A DNA stretch of 64,000 nucleotides from contig OX597817.1 of assembly GCA_951406725.2 (NCBI GenBank), positions 116,560,001 through 116,624,000 on the forward strand. Direction: 5' to 3'. The notes below the pieces were generated by a model that did not search any database, had not been told where the DNA came from, and worked only from the letters and a program-made list of their open reading frames with translations. Positions 27,137-41,040 of this stretch are shown here, in pieces; positions within the stretch are counted from its first letter, which is position 1, and each line of letters starts with the position of its first letter. This DNA is from Octopus vulgaris (Eukaryota). Position numbers and translations under genes: made by a program.

Positions 27137-28260
27137 TCAGGCTGAGTAAAAAGTAAGCAAATTTTCGAAACATCATATTCATAACAATATATTTCAAGAA
27201 AGCGGAAATGTTATTCATGAAAGTAAGTATCATTACAATCAACACATTTTTGCCAAAAAGTTACAGGTTTGTTTATTCCGGCAACATAAAAATCTGGTGT
27301 TCTGGAGCTGATGAACGCTTTAAACGCACTTTCAGCATCGGTTTGACTTTTGAATTCCTTCTCTCGCAGGAGACTATCAAGGTACATGATAAAAGTGGTT
27401 GTCGGTAGTAGAAAGGTCTGGGAAATAAGCTGGGTTAGAAAGATCTTCATAGCCAAGTTTTCTCAACTACTGGAGCGTCATTAATGAAACCTGTGGTGGA
27501 GCATTGTCATGAGGAATAATTGGCCCTCTACTGTTGACCAGTCTGGGACGGAGGAGGAGCAGCTTTTCGTTCATTTTGGCTAGTTCATGGCAATATGTTT
27601 CTGAAGTAATGGCTTTTTCGGGTTTTAAGTCGTTATAGTGGATGAGTCCAGTAGTACATCACGAAACAGTCACCATAACCTTTTTGAAGAGCTCAGGTTT
27701 AAGGAAAGTTTTTGGTCCTTCATTTCTGTTCAACCAATGCGAAGAACGTTTTTTTATTATTGTAAAGAATCCACTTTTCATCGCAAGTTATAGTATAGTC
27801 GAGAAATGGATCGGTCTGGTTAAGGAGAAGAAGCGACGAGCATATTTCATATCAGTACATTTTCTTATTTTCATTCAAATCATGTGGTACCCATTTGTCG
27901 AGCTTTTTTTTTTTATTTTCCGACTGCAAGCAAATGGCTGCAGGCTATTTTCTGGCTAACTTGAAAATCTTTAGCCAGTTCTTGAGTGATGTTTTTGTGG
28001 ATCTTTCCCAATGACTGTCTTTAATTGACCGTCATCGATGACAGATGGCTTCCACTATGCTCATGATCTTCAAGGCTCAGGTTTCCACAGCGAAATCTTT
28101 TAGACCATTTTCGAGTTGATCACTTACTGGTCATTTCTTCACCAAACATTTTGTTGTTATCGCGAGTTTCAGCTTCTTTATGTCCTTTTCTCAAGTTGAA
28201 TAGCAAAATTGCTCGAATATCACACATTGACAATTCCATTTCAAATGAGTGTAACAAAGA
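27137..28260 (-). mobile_element. Mariner transposon relic
   Basis: MELSMCDIRAILLFNLRKGH at the N-terminus and a degenerate HDNAPP region, with frameshifts. Confidence 0.8.
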
Positions 28261-28968
28261 TGTAACGTAGTGTTTGAACCAGATAGTGTGGTTTCTGATC
28301 TCATGCAAAAAGATACAAAATGTAAACGTCGGAGCGAGCAAGGCTTGAAACATATATTTCCTTCATTAACAGTAGTTTAGATCTAAACTACAATAATGTA
28401 ATTAATATGATATCCACACCAAATCTTCAAAACCTGCGCAGTAACTAATATCATAACTACACCATAATAAGCGCGCCATGAATCACAACAAATGTATTAT
28501 TTTATCGATCTAATGTTATAAAAACAGGCTTCAGAAATTATAACATGTATTTGAAATGAATCTGAAAAACGTAATCTATACGTAAAAAGCTACTAAGGAT
28601 TTCTCATATTCTAAAATTAATACAACTTAGAATAAACGATGAATTAAAAATTCAAACAATGTATTATTTAATGCAAGAAAATAGCATATTCAATTTAAAC
28701 TGAGGCACATATACGGAAAAAGATAGTATTGTTTTAAGCGTATATACTAGCACACATACGCAAATATTTATTCGATATCGCCGTGCCTTATGTTAAGACC
28801 TAATAAGAATATCTTCCTATTACAAGGGAAGATTATGTAAAACTAATCGCAGGTACTTCCTATACGCTTATTTGTTAGTGGAATAACTCTTCTTCATTCC
28901 TTTTGTAAAAGATAGTTAACAACCATCCATCCATCTATACATACATATGTGTAAATATATATATATAT

Positions 28969-29014
<46 letters not shown>

Positions 29015-29049
29015 AAAAAAGACGTTCTCTTAGTATGGCTGCCTGTATA

Positions 29050-29460
29050 TATATATTATAAAATCCGTTCCTCTCTGTGTGTGTCTTCTAACACCTCGGG
29101 CATCCTCTATCCGATTGCGCTCAAATTTGATATGTAGATACCGACGGTATCAGGGAGTATATACGTCATGAAAAAATTACATAAATCGATTCCAGGTGAG
29201 AATGCGATCGATAAATCTGTGGGAACGTGCATTTGTACGCGCAAATACATCAGCTGTTGCGACCGATACTACGCGTACGCGAGAAGAATGCACGTGCAGT
29301 TTGAGCAAAAAAGCACCTGGCTTGAAATAATGCCACAAAATGCAATATATTTAAGAGACCAAAAAAGTAAGATGCAACAGAAATATTTTCTTCAAACTTG
29401 GCACGACGGACGGAAAGACTATTTGGTTTCTCAAGATTTTTTGCCTTAAATTTATTTACC
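29050..29460 (+). mobile_element. Possible non-autonomous Helitron-like (HINE/DINE-type) element
   Basis: TATATTATAAAA start, a short GT-rich tract and CCGATTGCGCTCAAATTTG resemble the 5' organisation of such elements. No 3' hairpin was identified. Confidence 0.3.
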
Positions 29461-29613
29461 AATTCTCAAACTTTTATTGTAATAAAGGCATGCTTAATTA
29501 TTTTCTAATGAAAAGAAAACACTGATTGCTTTTTATTCAGCAGATTTGATTCAGCACCGTCTATTGGACGGGGGCGTTTTGGTCGTATATATATATATAT
29601 ATATATACATACA

Positions 29614-29671
<58 letters not shown>

Positions 29672-30696
29672 CATATATATATACATACATGCAAGCATTC
29701 ATACATATATGCGTACATACATACATAACCACATAGTTTAAGGGAGTCAACAAAGAACAAACTTGAAACGACCCATACAGAGACATCCGCTTATGATTTT
29801 TATTGTATGAATTTCGCTTCGTGTTTCGTCTGTGCAGCGTTGGCTATGGATTCTCACTTTTCTTTGCACTCTCCTTCTGTGGAAGATACATAATTCAACG
29901 TCAAGTTTTCGTTGAATACTGTTTTTCTGAATAATTTACGTCAGTTCTTCGATTATCTTTCTAATATTGTCCTATTCAGTTTTCTTCAATGATGAGGTTT
30001 TCCTGTTATTAGACATAATTATGTTTCAGATATTTAGGAAGACTAGTTTTACTGTGGTAGTTATTTTGTAAGTAAACACAATGAGTTTGACAATTTTGGC
30101 ATATGTTTCTGATTTCAATGTGTCGCATTACATTCCATTTAGCATCTGCATAACGAGTTTATATTAGTATGACTCTTGGGGGAATTTTATTTAAGCCTTA
30201 AGTAGCGCCTAACGTACTGCTTCAACCAACATCATCCAGTTATGCAATATTTCCAGCATTTATTTTTAAGTGCGGAAACTTTTATGTAGTTGTGTCTACT
30301 ATAATGTTGGTCACAATATTTTGGTAATGTGTCCAGTTCAAATTCATTATGAACGTTTTGAAACTCTTGTGGAAATTTTGGCTTTTCAAGGCATATTTTC
30401 TGCTTAGGGAAAAATATTTTCAACAATGATTTTATATATCCCAACTATATAGCCTTTTTATCCTATTGATATTACAACGTATTCTCGACTGAGCTGGGCA
30501 GTATTTCATTCTTTCGTTATATTTGGTACATACAACAGAATAAAATTCGGTCCATTTAGAAAAGGCCCTAACATTCTGAGGAAGTAGATAATACTTGCTA
30601 TACATCGATTTAAACAAACACAAACGCGCACCTCTCTTCGTTTCCTTTTTCATAATCTCTCCGTCTTTTTCATACTCTCTGTTTTTTCGTCTTCAT

Positions 30697-30734
30697 CCTT
30701 TTTGTTGAAGAGCCTAGGCTCGAAATGTAAAAGA
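30697..30734 (+). ncRNA. Degenerate minimal hammerhead motif, family 2 (probable solo pLTR, about 30650-30811)
   Basis: cttt-TTGTTGA-a-gagc(ctag)gctc-GAAA-tgta-aaag. Stems I and II pair, but the core has substitutions. Confidence 0.45.
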
Positions 30735-30835
30735 CATTTCCATTCTTCCCGAGCGTTAAATTAATACATCTGCTTGTTGTTCCTACACCTGTCTTCAGTA
30801 AATTTGAACTATATATATATATATATATATATATA

Positions 30836-31065
30836 GGCGCAATGGCCTAGTGGTTAGGGCAGCGGACTCGCGGTCGCAGGATCGCGGTTTCGATTCTCAG
30901 ACCGGGCGTTGTGTGTGTTTATTGAGCGAAAACACCTAAAAGCTCTACGAGGCTCCGGCAAGGGGTGGTGATCCCTGCTGTACTCTTTCACCACAATGGC
31001 GGTGCCCCAGCATGGCCACAGCTCAAGAGCTGAAACTGGAAAAACAAAAAACAAAAACAAAAACA
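30836..31065 (+). mobile_element. tRNA-derived SINE family C with a CR1-type LINE tail
   Basis: A box TGGCCTAGTGG and B box GGTTTCGATTC. The tail at 30998-31040 matches the LINE end at 35296-35334, followed by an (AAAAAC)n end. Confidence 0.85.
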
Positions 31066-31344
31066 ATATATATATATATATACATAATTAAAAAGGGTGG
31101 CTTGTCAGCTATTAGAACCTAAAGGCAAAATTACTACACGTCACAAAAGTGATAGGGATACTGACTGACATCGCCATTGCTAAAAGTAAGAGTTAAAATA
31201 ACTCAAAAGCCACAATACATACACACACACACACACACACATACATACACACATATATACATACATACAGATATATATGTTTATATATACGTGGGAATAT
31301 ATAGATATGTGCACACACACATGCATACTCACACACAAACTTAT

Positions 31345-31398
<54 letters not shown>

Positions 31399-31886
31399 AA
31401 GAAAACGCAAGTGGAGCCTGAAAATGATTAACAGAATAGAACAAATTAAAGACTGGAGAGCACCACGTTTCATTTCGATTGCCACTTCCATATTTCTAGC
31501 GCTCATAACATCCAATCATTATAAGCTGTCCCTGTGTTAGTATGTACGTACACATCTATTCACACATGTACAGTATATATTTACATATATATATATATAT
31601 ATACAGCGATATACACACACATAAAAAATATATATTTGAATTATAGAGGGGAAGAGAGAGAAAGAGAGAGAGTGTTATTTTAAAATCAATTGTCATCGGA
31701 AAATATAATGGTGCTACAATACCAAAGATGATAATTTTCTTACGTTTCACAAGATAAAATAGAGATAATGTACAAACGCTTGGCCGGAGGTTTAGGAGGG
31801 ATATTTATAAAACAACAAAATTAAGTGCTTCTTTTCAATCATCTTAATTTTGCCTCCAGCTAGGGTTCTACAAGCGCGCGCGCACT

Positions 31887-31975
<89 letters not shown>

Positions 31976-32053
31976 CTATATATACATATCTACTCATATG
32001 TATATATATATATATATATATATAGATAGATAGATATATATATATATATATAT

Positions 32054-32054
<1 letters not shown>

Positions 32055-32143
<89 letters not shown>
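32055..32143. repeat. (TAGA)n microsatellite within a compound TA-rich tract
   Basis: Seen directly. Confidence 0.95.
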
Positions 32144-32144
<1 letters not shown>

Positions 32145-32589
32145 TGCATGTGCGTGTATTTATCCTTGTGTGCATATAAAAGAAATTCTGAGAGATGATG
32201 AAAGCTTTCGTTCAATACTCTTGTGTAAAAAAACTGAAACATTTTCATCAAAATGGGTTAGAAGAACAGATACTAAATTACAGTTGAAAACATTGTAAAT
32301 ATTCCGAAATGGATATCACTGCATCGTGCATAAAAAACTTAAAAGCTTCAATATCTGTCTTAAAAACATGCACAATATGTACAAAGTTGACACCATGATA
32401 TTCAAACACCGATTTGGCATTCAATTTTAGATAGTACTTAATGAGTTAATATCACATGAAAGTAAATAAATGTGCAGAGAGGCATTTGGTTCTCATTTAC
32501 GATATCCAAGAGAAATACATAAAATATGGAAAGTTAATCGCTTAAATAGACATAACAGTGAGTGTGTATTTGTGTGTGTGTGTGTGTAT

Positions 32590-34370
32590 AAATTAAGAAA
32601 TGGAGTTAAACACAGGTGTTATTCAAATCTTTATACTTCCGACATATGTTTCGAAGAAAAAATTGGTATTATTCCTGAGGGAATAAAATGATGTAAAACA
32701 ATATGCTCATCTCATCAGGGAAAAAAGAGAAACAAAAGACATCAATGAGCCATTTTAACCGAATGCGATTACCGCGTATGTCCAGTTCGACATTTCTAGT
32801 TACCATCTCTCTATTAACCCTATTGTACTCAACAACGCACTCTGGTTCGCACACAACAAAGCAGGTCTCACCCGGGGTGAAATTAATGTGGTGTTAGCTG
32901 CCAGAAAATCAATCATTAAATTTGAAAACAAGCTGTGGGTCTGTAAAGATACGCCTGACAGTTTTGATGTCACGATTGGGAAGTTTAGACTCAAAACAAT
33001 TGGCTGATATGGTCGGAATATATATTTCCTTTATGAGATGGTTGACCAATTCCCAGACATCAATGGAGGTCTGTATCGTGACGAATGTCTACGCTACCTT
33101 CAAAATGTTTCTAGCCAAAAATTACAAAGGGTTAAAAGTAGGTTGGTTAAATTTTTCCGGAACATTGTCTTAAACTTTGTTTTCGTTGATGATATAACTA
33201 AAGCCAACTTTTTGGATATTACCCTTAACTTACGTAATGATTCATATTTTCCATACCATAAACCCTCAACTAACTAAAAATATATTAGCTCCTTCAGTAA
33301 TCATCCAGATGTTATTATAAGGAATTTAATTAGAAATATTTCACTTAGACTTTCTAAATTATCTGCCAATGTTGATATCTTCAACGATAAAGCCGAATAT
33401 TATAACACTGCATTACTTAAAGCAGGCTATAAAGACAAAATTAACTATATTAACCCTATTGACATTAATTCTATCCCTATTAGTCAGGACATGAAAACAC
33501 ATCATAACAGTAATAACAATATAAATTTTAATTCGAATAACAACACTAAATCGAAAAATGTAATATTGCAGCATAAGGGAGATAACTGTTCTTTAAGACC
33601 CTTTCTACGTTACAAATGTAAATTTAGGACTTTGATAAATAATTACCCTAATAACAAGGTATGCCTCAGTAAAACTGTTTGGTTGATAATTTCATAGGGT
33701 AAGCAGATCAAATTCAACCTCCCTTACCAGTTTCGTGAAGCTATAGATAAGAATTTCCCCCGAAATTCAACTACAATTACATTATCAATTCACACTGAAT
33801 TAGAATAGGGTTTTCAAACACCAAAAACCTTTCACAAATCATCTCTTCGCATAACAATAACTTGTTAAATGCAAATCCACTTAATGAAAATAATAACATT
33901 GATATTATTAACATTAACCATTCTTTGGACAATAATAACAACAATATTAGTATTTCTGATATAAATTCGAATCGTATTCGTTTCTTTAGCAGTAATTCTA
34001 AGACTACAAACTCTGTCTATCAATGTAAAATTACTTCCTGTTCTGATGTATTTTTTTACATACGTAGTTCTTCATCTCAACTGTCCAAATGAATATCTAA
34101 ACATTGCTCTACATCTAGACATATCAATAAACGCAACAATACTGTGCTTAGTAAATAAATTAATTTGGCCTCTTAAAGAACATAATAAATAATTCGATTT
34201 GGAATGGAATATTCTATCTAGATCTTTTCCATATGATAAAGGTAAATCCTTTTGTCCGCTCTGTAACGAAGAACAGTATCTCGTTCTGTTCTCGGAGAAT
34301 TCTCTTGTAAACAGGTTTCAAGAACGCGTTTATCGTTACAAGAATTACTTCCTATAAGTTGGTCACCTTC
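32590..34370 (+). mobile_element. Penelope-like element (RT + GIY-YIG), 5'-truncated, with an inverted pLTR at its 5' end
   Basis: Broken frames read VQFDISSY, FDVTIG, LADMVGIY, GLYRDECL, NFLDITLNL, YHKP, SNHP, SVYQCKI...FYI and CPLCNEE. An antisense HHR abuts the RT start. Confidence 0.85.
32636..32723 (-). ncRNA. Type I hammerhead ribozyme, family 3, intact core
   Basis: Minus strand reads tttcc-CTGATGA-gatgag...ttcttc-GAAA-catatGTC-ggaag. It has a GUC cleavage triplet, palindromic stem III ACATATGT, and stem I tttcc/ggaag. Confidence 0.8.
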
Positions 34371-34519
34371 ATCTGATAATTTAATGAATGCAATCAAGCC
34401 AAAACTTCAAAGCTAGTGTCAACATTTTATTTGTAAAAGTTAATATGTAGTCAACTAAAAAGTAGTGAGTAATTCTTCAGTTTGGTGATATTTCTTTTAT
34501 ATAATACTTCACACGAAAC

Positions 34520-34607
<88 letters not shown>

Positions 34608-34611
34608 ATGA

Positions 34612-35340
34612 TGATACCTCTTTCCAAGTGCACATTAACAGGATGGCGACATGGTGTGGACGATTGACTGGAAGGATCCTAAGAACATTCAGAACCAGAG
34701 ATAAGGAAACCATGATGGTCCTCTGGCGGACATTCGTCCTCAGCCGCCTGGATTACTGCTCACAGCTATGGTCACCCACCAGTGTAAAGTTAACGGCAGA
34801 TCTTGAAGCAATCCAGAGAACATTCACAAAGAAGATCGTCTCTTTGCAACAGCTCAGCTGCTGAGAAAGATTGAAACAGTTACGTCTCTACTCCCTGGAG
34901 AGAAGACGGGAGAGGTATGCAGTAATATATATCTGGAAGATCGTGGAAGATATTTTGCCAAATTTTGGCATTAAAAGCTACACCAATGCCAGAACGGAAC
35001 GACACTGCATAGTGCCAAAGGTCCCAGCAATGCAATCACGCTTCAGGACCAGTTACTGCAACAGCCTGGGTTTCAAGGACCCACAGCTTTTTAATATTCT
35101 CCCTAAGAGTCTGAGGAACTTGCACAAAGTAGATGTAGGGCTTTTTAAATCCAAGCTGGACCTCTTCCTGTCGAGAGTCCAAGATGAACCTACCTCATGG
35201 CAAGAGGTGCAAATGAGGGTAGCTATATCAAACTCCATGCTTCACCAAATGCCACATACTACAGGAGGCTCTTAGTAATAGCAGTGTAGCAAAACGGCGG
35301 TGCATCAGCATGGCCACAGCTCTGAGCTGAAACTAGAGTA
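34612..35340 (+). mobile_element. CR1-group LINE, 3' fragment
   Basis: LSRLDYCSQLWSP, LEAIQRTFTK, ERLKQLRLYSLERRRERY, LFNILP and FKSKLDLFL, followed by a 3' UTR tail. Confidence 0.85.
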
Positions 35341-35602
35341 AAATATATATATATATGTATATATATATGTGTGTATATATATATATATGTATATATATAG
35401 ACATCCACACACACACATATATACATGTACAACACGTCAGGTGTAAAAGTTTTCGCAGAGCCCCATGAGTCGAAGTGTTTTGTTCACGGACACGCCTCAC
35501 TACCCGGTCCAGCCCTGAAACTACGATCACGTTTATCATGAGTGCGACAATATATGTATATATATATATATACTGAGAGAGAGGGGGAGCGGGAGGGAGA
35601 CA

Positions 35603-36690
35603 CCAGGCTGTGACAGTTTTTTTAGCATTTCCAGCTTTAATAGTTCAAACAATTTACGTACTTAAAGAGTTTAGTCATCAAAATATATACCCTTCTTATC
35701 TTATTGGCTGCTGCAATCTTTATGCCAGGAGCTCAGTACCACGCTTATAACATTTGGCTCAGAGACAAGAAACTCGCTGCACCCATTTTTAACCTTATCC
35801 ACATTGCTGAAATTCCGTCCCTACAAGAAAAGTGCCATGGCTAGGAGAACATGATGATCTGATGGTGCAAGGTGTACACTGTAGGCAGGATGTCGTAGCA
35901 CTTCCAGTTCATCAATCTCTTCAAATTTTGTACATGGTCACATTGGTAGTGTGTGCTGGGGTATTGTCACACTGTAAGAGTGCACTTCTTCGATTGTCCA
36001 GTTCCGGGCAGTGGGTTTTCCAGGCATAATATATTAGATGCAGTTGTTTAGTATAAAGGGTAGCATTCACAGCATGACCATACTCAAAAGTACAACTTCC
36101 CCTTGAAATTCTAACAGACACACAACATGATCTCATGTGCAGACCACCCTTGTACGACGACTGATTCTGAAGCTTGGACAAAATGAAACCACTAGTTTCT
36201 CCTATTGAGATTACCAAAAAGTATTCATTTTTCAATCCCAGTTACAAATCGATACCAAAACAGAGCTAATCGAGGATTTGGCAGCGGTTGTTCGCAAATG
36301 TTGAGCTTAGTTGAAATCGTTGAGCTTGGTCATTGGTCAGTTCACGAGAAGCTTCTCGATGACGTCTGTTCACTAGACCGAGCTGATGGGGGTGTCACCT
36401 GATGGTGCTTTGTGAAAGACGAAGTTCTGCCAACAATATGTAAGTGGTTGTGTTTGGCGGTTTTTCGACTACTTCAAGCAAGGCCATACGTTCCACAACA
36501 GAAGGTCTCCCTGACCTTAGTTTGTCCTCGAGGCTGGTGCCACCTTCTTGAAAAGTCTGAACCAATTTTGTGCCACGCTTGCTAAGAGTTCCTGAGCTTC
36601 CATTTCATCAATTTCTTTTACCACTCAGACTTTCTCTTCCATTTATAGCGCAAAACAGCCTTAATTGCAACTTTTCCACCACTTATCACC
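35603..36690 (-). mobile_element. Mariner transposon relic
   Basis: TSLEDKLRSGRPS and ALLQCDNTPAHT motifs on the minus strand. Heavily degenerate. Confidence 0.75.
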
Positions 36691-36871
36691 CAAGCTGTAA
36701 AATGAAGAGTAAACAATATGTGTTATATATAAAAGTAAACGATAAGCGATACAACAACAATTGGACAACAATTTATATAAAATTAATGATACAACATGGA
36801 GATACAATTTGCCATACATATATATATATTTATATCAATATACATATATATACATGCATATATATATATAC

Positions 36872-36904
<33 letters not shown>

Positions 36905-37637
36905 TATAGATATATAGATAATATATACATACATATATAAATATACATACATACACATATACATACACACATATATACATACATATATATAAACATATGT
37001 TTGTGTGTGTATTCATATTCTACTCATAGTTTCTCATACTCTAATGAGTGATAATATAGAAACACTAATATACCGGAATTCAGTAGATACGGAAAAGACT
37101 CTTAACTAAAAGTTAGAAACTGGTATATTATAGGACAATTACCTATGTACAGAAAAGCTTATTGACAATGAAATTTTAGATGACAAAATCTTTAAATGAC
37201 TAGATGTAACCTAAGCGCATATTTTCATATAGGCTGTGATCTTTTTAATGTGAAAAGCTTCAGAAATGCATCTGCCTTAAGATTTTCACTTTCAAAGAAC
37301 CTAAGCAATCAGAAATCATTGAAGAAAGATACAGCACAAAAGCAATGTATATTTTATTACCATAAGCAAACACATATATATCCATAAAATATGATATTCT
37401 TTCATATCAAAGACTGAAAGTATTGTACAGAAAATAGCGCATATCTCGCAATGAAAATTTTAGTAGAGGCAATAATTCTAGTAATATAGAAATACTAGTC
37501 AATAGTTATCCCATGCTGTATGCTTCAAAATATTCCACACTTGAACAATCCTAGAAAATTTCACCCAAAATCAAACGTACCTATTTCTCAACGTATACGT
37601 ATAAGATATGCTACATATAGATAGATAGACATATAGG

Positions 37638-37672
<35 letters not shown>

Positions 37673-38010
37673 AGAGAGAGAGAGAGAGAGAGAGATAAAT
37701 AGATAGATAGACAGACAGGCAGACGGATACACACACTCACACAAAAACACACATATATATAGGTGAAAAATTAGAAGGGAGATACCACCTGGTAGTACAT
37801 ACAAAATAAGATTTAGGGTGAAAATGATAGATAAAGTGAAATAAATGAACAGATAAAGATAAAGTGAAAGTGTCGCGAAGATATCTACCGGGCAGTTGCT
37901 ACTATCGGGCAGATATATATCAGGCATTTTTCCGCACGCCAGTGTCCATCGGGCAATTACTCGTCGGGCAGTTCACCTAGAATCACATATACACATATAT
38001 ACATATAAAC

Positions 38011-38046
<36 letters not shown>

Positions 38047-38561
38047 TCACACACGGACATACACACACACACACATACACACACATATACTTCATTCCCA
38101 AAAACAAAGCAAGAAAATTAAGGAAATCATAACACATCCAGTACACACACACACACACACAAACAAATACACGCACATACACACACACACATCGCATTAT
38201 GAAGTCACTTAAGAGTCCACCTCGGTATTTGAACAATTCGAGAGAATGAGGTTATTACGGTGAGCTAAGTTAATTAACTGTGTCACTTTTGTTTCATTCT
38301 CACCAGTCAAAACATCAATGCACCATTCTTCCACATTGTAGTTTTAATTATTGTAGACCTGACACCCGTGACGGAATTGCCTACCATGGTTCAAGCATTC
38401 TAAACTATCCCATAAACTCCCTGCCGTTAATATTGACAAACCACATATATACGCACTCAAGGGATTTCAACTATGTATATACGACTATTGAGCAGTAGCA
38501 ATGTTATAACGCGCCATTAGAAAGCAATTATAATATTCTTATATGTGCGTAAGTGTGTGTG

Positions 38562-38596
<35 letters not shown>

Positions 38597-38759
38597 CGTG
38601 CGTGTATGTGTGTGTGTGCGTATGCATGAGTGTATGTGTTTGTGCTTGTGAAATTGTAACACACAGTCTCGAAGACAAGCAATTTATTCTAAACAACTTC
38701 TCGCCTGCATGGAAGCCTTTTTGTCTGACCAACAGCATCAAACAAACTGGGCTTGTCTA

Positions 38760-39732
38760 TCAGCACATTCGTAACCATCTTCCCGCTGTTGACCCTATAG
38801 TATATGTTGATAAGAAAGCATTAAAAACTGCTTCCTCTTCGCTTATCTTGGTCCCATTGTGCCCTATGATGCTAAGATGGATAAAGAAATAGAATCCAGA
38901 ATCAGAAACACCAGCTCCGCTTTCGGTAAGCTTTATCACAGGCTTTGGAACGACCACAACGTATCATTAATGATAAAATTTGATGTATGTATGCCGGTGA
39001 TCTTGATTACATTGCTTTATGATGCTGAAACTTGAACTCTGTACCGAAAGCACATCAACCAGCTTGACACTTTTCATGTGCAATACTTGCATACTATCTC
39101 CAACACAAAACTGAGTGACCATTTTCATAACAGTGAGGTACTAACAAAATGCAATATATCAGGCATTGAAGCGTTCGTCATCAAAATACCTGTCATCTCT
39201 CACGTATGAGTGATATCAGAATTTTGAAGCAACTTCTCTTTGGTCAATTCCTAACAGAATGTTCATTGGAAGGCCACTCTGGGCTTCAAAGGCAAACTAA
39301 AAGACAATCTGAAGCGATGAAATATTACATTTTCTTCCTCAGAAAACAAAAGATCAGAACATAGGACCTAACGCAAATACTACTTCTCCTAAGGTCAACG
39401 CTTTGAGCAAAGTCGACTTCATGCAAGCATGGGAGCAACTTCACGTAAGCATGAAGGCATGCTGGCAAAGCACTGCTCCTCTAAATGGAAATCTTACCTG
39501 TCATTTTGTTTTGTGGCACGAAGGAAGCTTAACATGCCGCCCGTTCAAGAAAGCATATTAGTTAATGTTCCACAAGCAATCAGACAATCTGAGTCATCAA
39601 CTTGTTCTGTTTAGCAAAAGGTTTGCAAGGCACCAGAAAGCCTCAGAAGACATATTCGTGTCCAGAGAATATGATTAACGCTTCATTTTATTGAACCCTC
39701 GTGCGTCGTTCACAAGAGAATCCCTCATCATC
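38760..39732 (+). mobile_element. RTE-type LINE, 3' fragment
   Basis: RIRNTSSAFGKLYHRLW, LLYDAET*TLY, HLSRMSDIRILKQLLFG and LKDNLKR, plus a decayed C-terminal zinc-finger-like stretch. Confidence 0.85.
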
Positions 39733-39847
39733 GTATATATATATATATATATATTAGAAGAAATGAGGTACTCAGTAATCTGAATGGTTTTATATTTACT
39801 GATATTTATTAGTATGTTACATGTTTTTATATATCATATATCATATA

Positions 39848-39885
39848 TTAACACTTTCGTCCACTCTAGTGGAGTTGTCAAATTG
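39848..39885 (-). ncRNA. Strongly degenerate hammerhead-like motif, family 4
   Basis: Minus strand reads tTGACAA-c-tccac(taga)gtgga-c-GAAA-gtgtta. The downstream AT-rich tail ending CCTCATTTCTT resembles the family-1 pLTR end CCTCATCTCTT. Confidence 0.3.
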
Positions 39886-40129
39886 AACTTTTGCAGGAAT
39901 TTTGTCTCTTTTTATTATTGAGTGTGTAGGGGTGAGGAAAGATATAAGATAGTACAAGAGGGTGAGGAATGGGAAGAAAGTGAGAGAGCGTGTGTGTGTA
40001 TGTGTGTGTATTATGTGCGCACGTGTGTGTGGGTGTCTGTGTATCTGAAAGATGTGTCAAATGGAAAAGGGAATAAAAGAAGAAGGAAGAGAGAAAGAAG
40101 AAAAAAATGTGTTTACATTTTTGCAACTC

Positions 40130-40238
40130 GTCAGTCTTTCAATAGTAAATGATTCTTGGTTTTAGAAATGGCAAATCCAGCTGGTCAGTCTTTCAATAGT
40201 AAATTATTGTTGTCTTTTAGAAATGGCAAACCCAGCTG
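40130..40238. repeat. 54-bp tandem duplication
   Basis: GTCAGTCTTTCAATAGTAAAT...AGAAATGGCAAA.CCAGCTG starts at both 40130 and 40184. Confidence 0.85.
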
Positions 40239-40320
40239 ACCACTTGAAGGGGGCAAAATGTCACTTCTCAAAAAATTGTCTGGATTTCTTTTTATCATTG
40301 TTTTGTGAGAGAGAGAGAGC

Positions 40321-40351
<31 letters not shown>

Positions 40352-40396
40352 TGGGGGCGTCTAGGTATATATGAATGTGTATATAGATGCATATGA

Positions 40397-40812
40397 CTGC
40401 AGGCGTGGCGGTGTAGTAAAAAGTTTGCTTACCAACCACAGTGTTCCTGGTTCAGTCTTACTGCGTGGCACCTCTGGCGAGTGTCACCGAATATAGCTTA
40501 GGGCGGGCCAAAGTTTGTAAGTGGATTTGGTTGGCGGAAACTGAATTGAGCCAACTGCATATGTGTGTGTGTCTTTGTGCGTGTGTGTGCGCGTGTATGT
40601 GTATGTGTGTGTGATTTAGTGTGTGTTTGTCGACCACCACCGCTTTTCGACCAGTTCTGGTTTGTTTACGTGAGCATAATCCAGCGGTTCGGTGAAAAGG
40701 GTCTGATAGCAAGGTTTAAAAGATAAGCATTGGGGCCAATTCATACGACTGAAATTCTTCTAGGTGTTGCCCCTGCATGGCCGCAAACAATTACTGAAAC
40801 AAGGAAAATGAA
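40397..40812 (+). mobile_element. SINE family A (a further degenerate copy lies at about 41155-41305)
   Basis: Head, internal (GT)n and tail GGTGTTGCCCCTGCATGGCCGC...CTGAAAC are all present. Confidence 0.85.
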
Positions 40813-40894
40813 AAAGATATACATGTATATATCTTTTACTTTTTCCTTGTTTCAATAATTTGTTTGCATCCATGCAGGGACAACGGCTTGAAGA

Positions 40895-40982
<88 letters not shown>

Positions 40983-40998
40983 GTATACATACATATAT

Positions 40999-41040
<42 letters not shown>

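Noticed and set aside
30836-30912. Genuine tRNA gene
   Set aside because: It continues into a SINE body and LINE-like tail, and the cloverleaf is imperfect.
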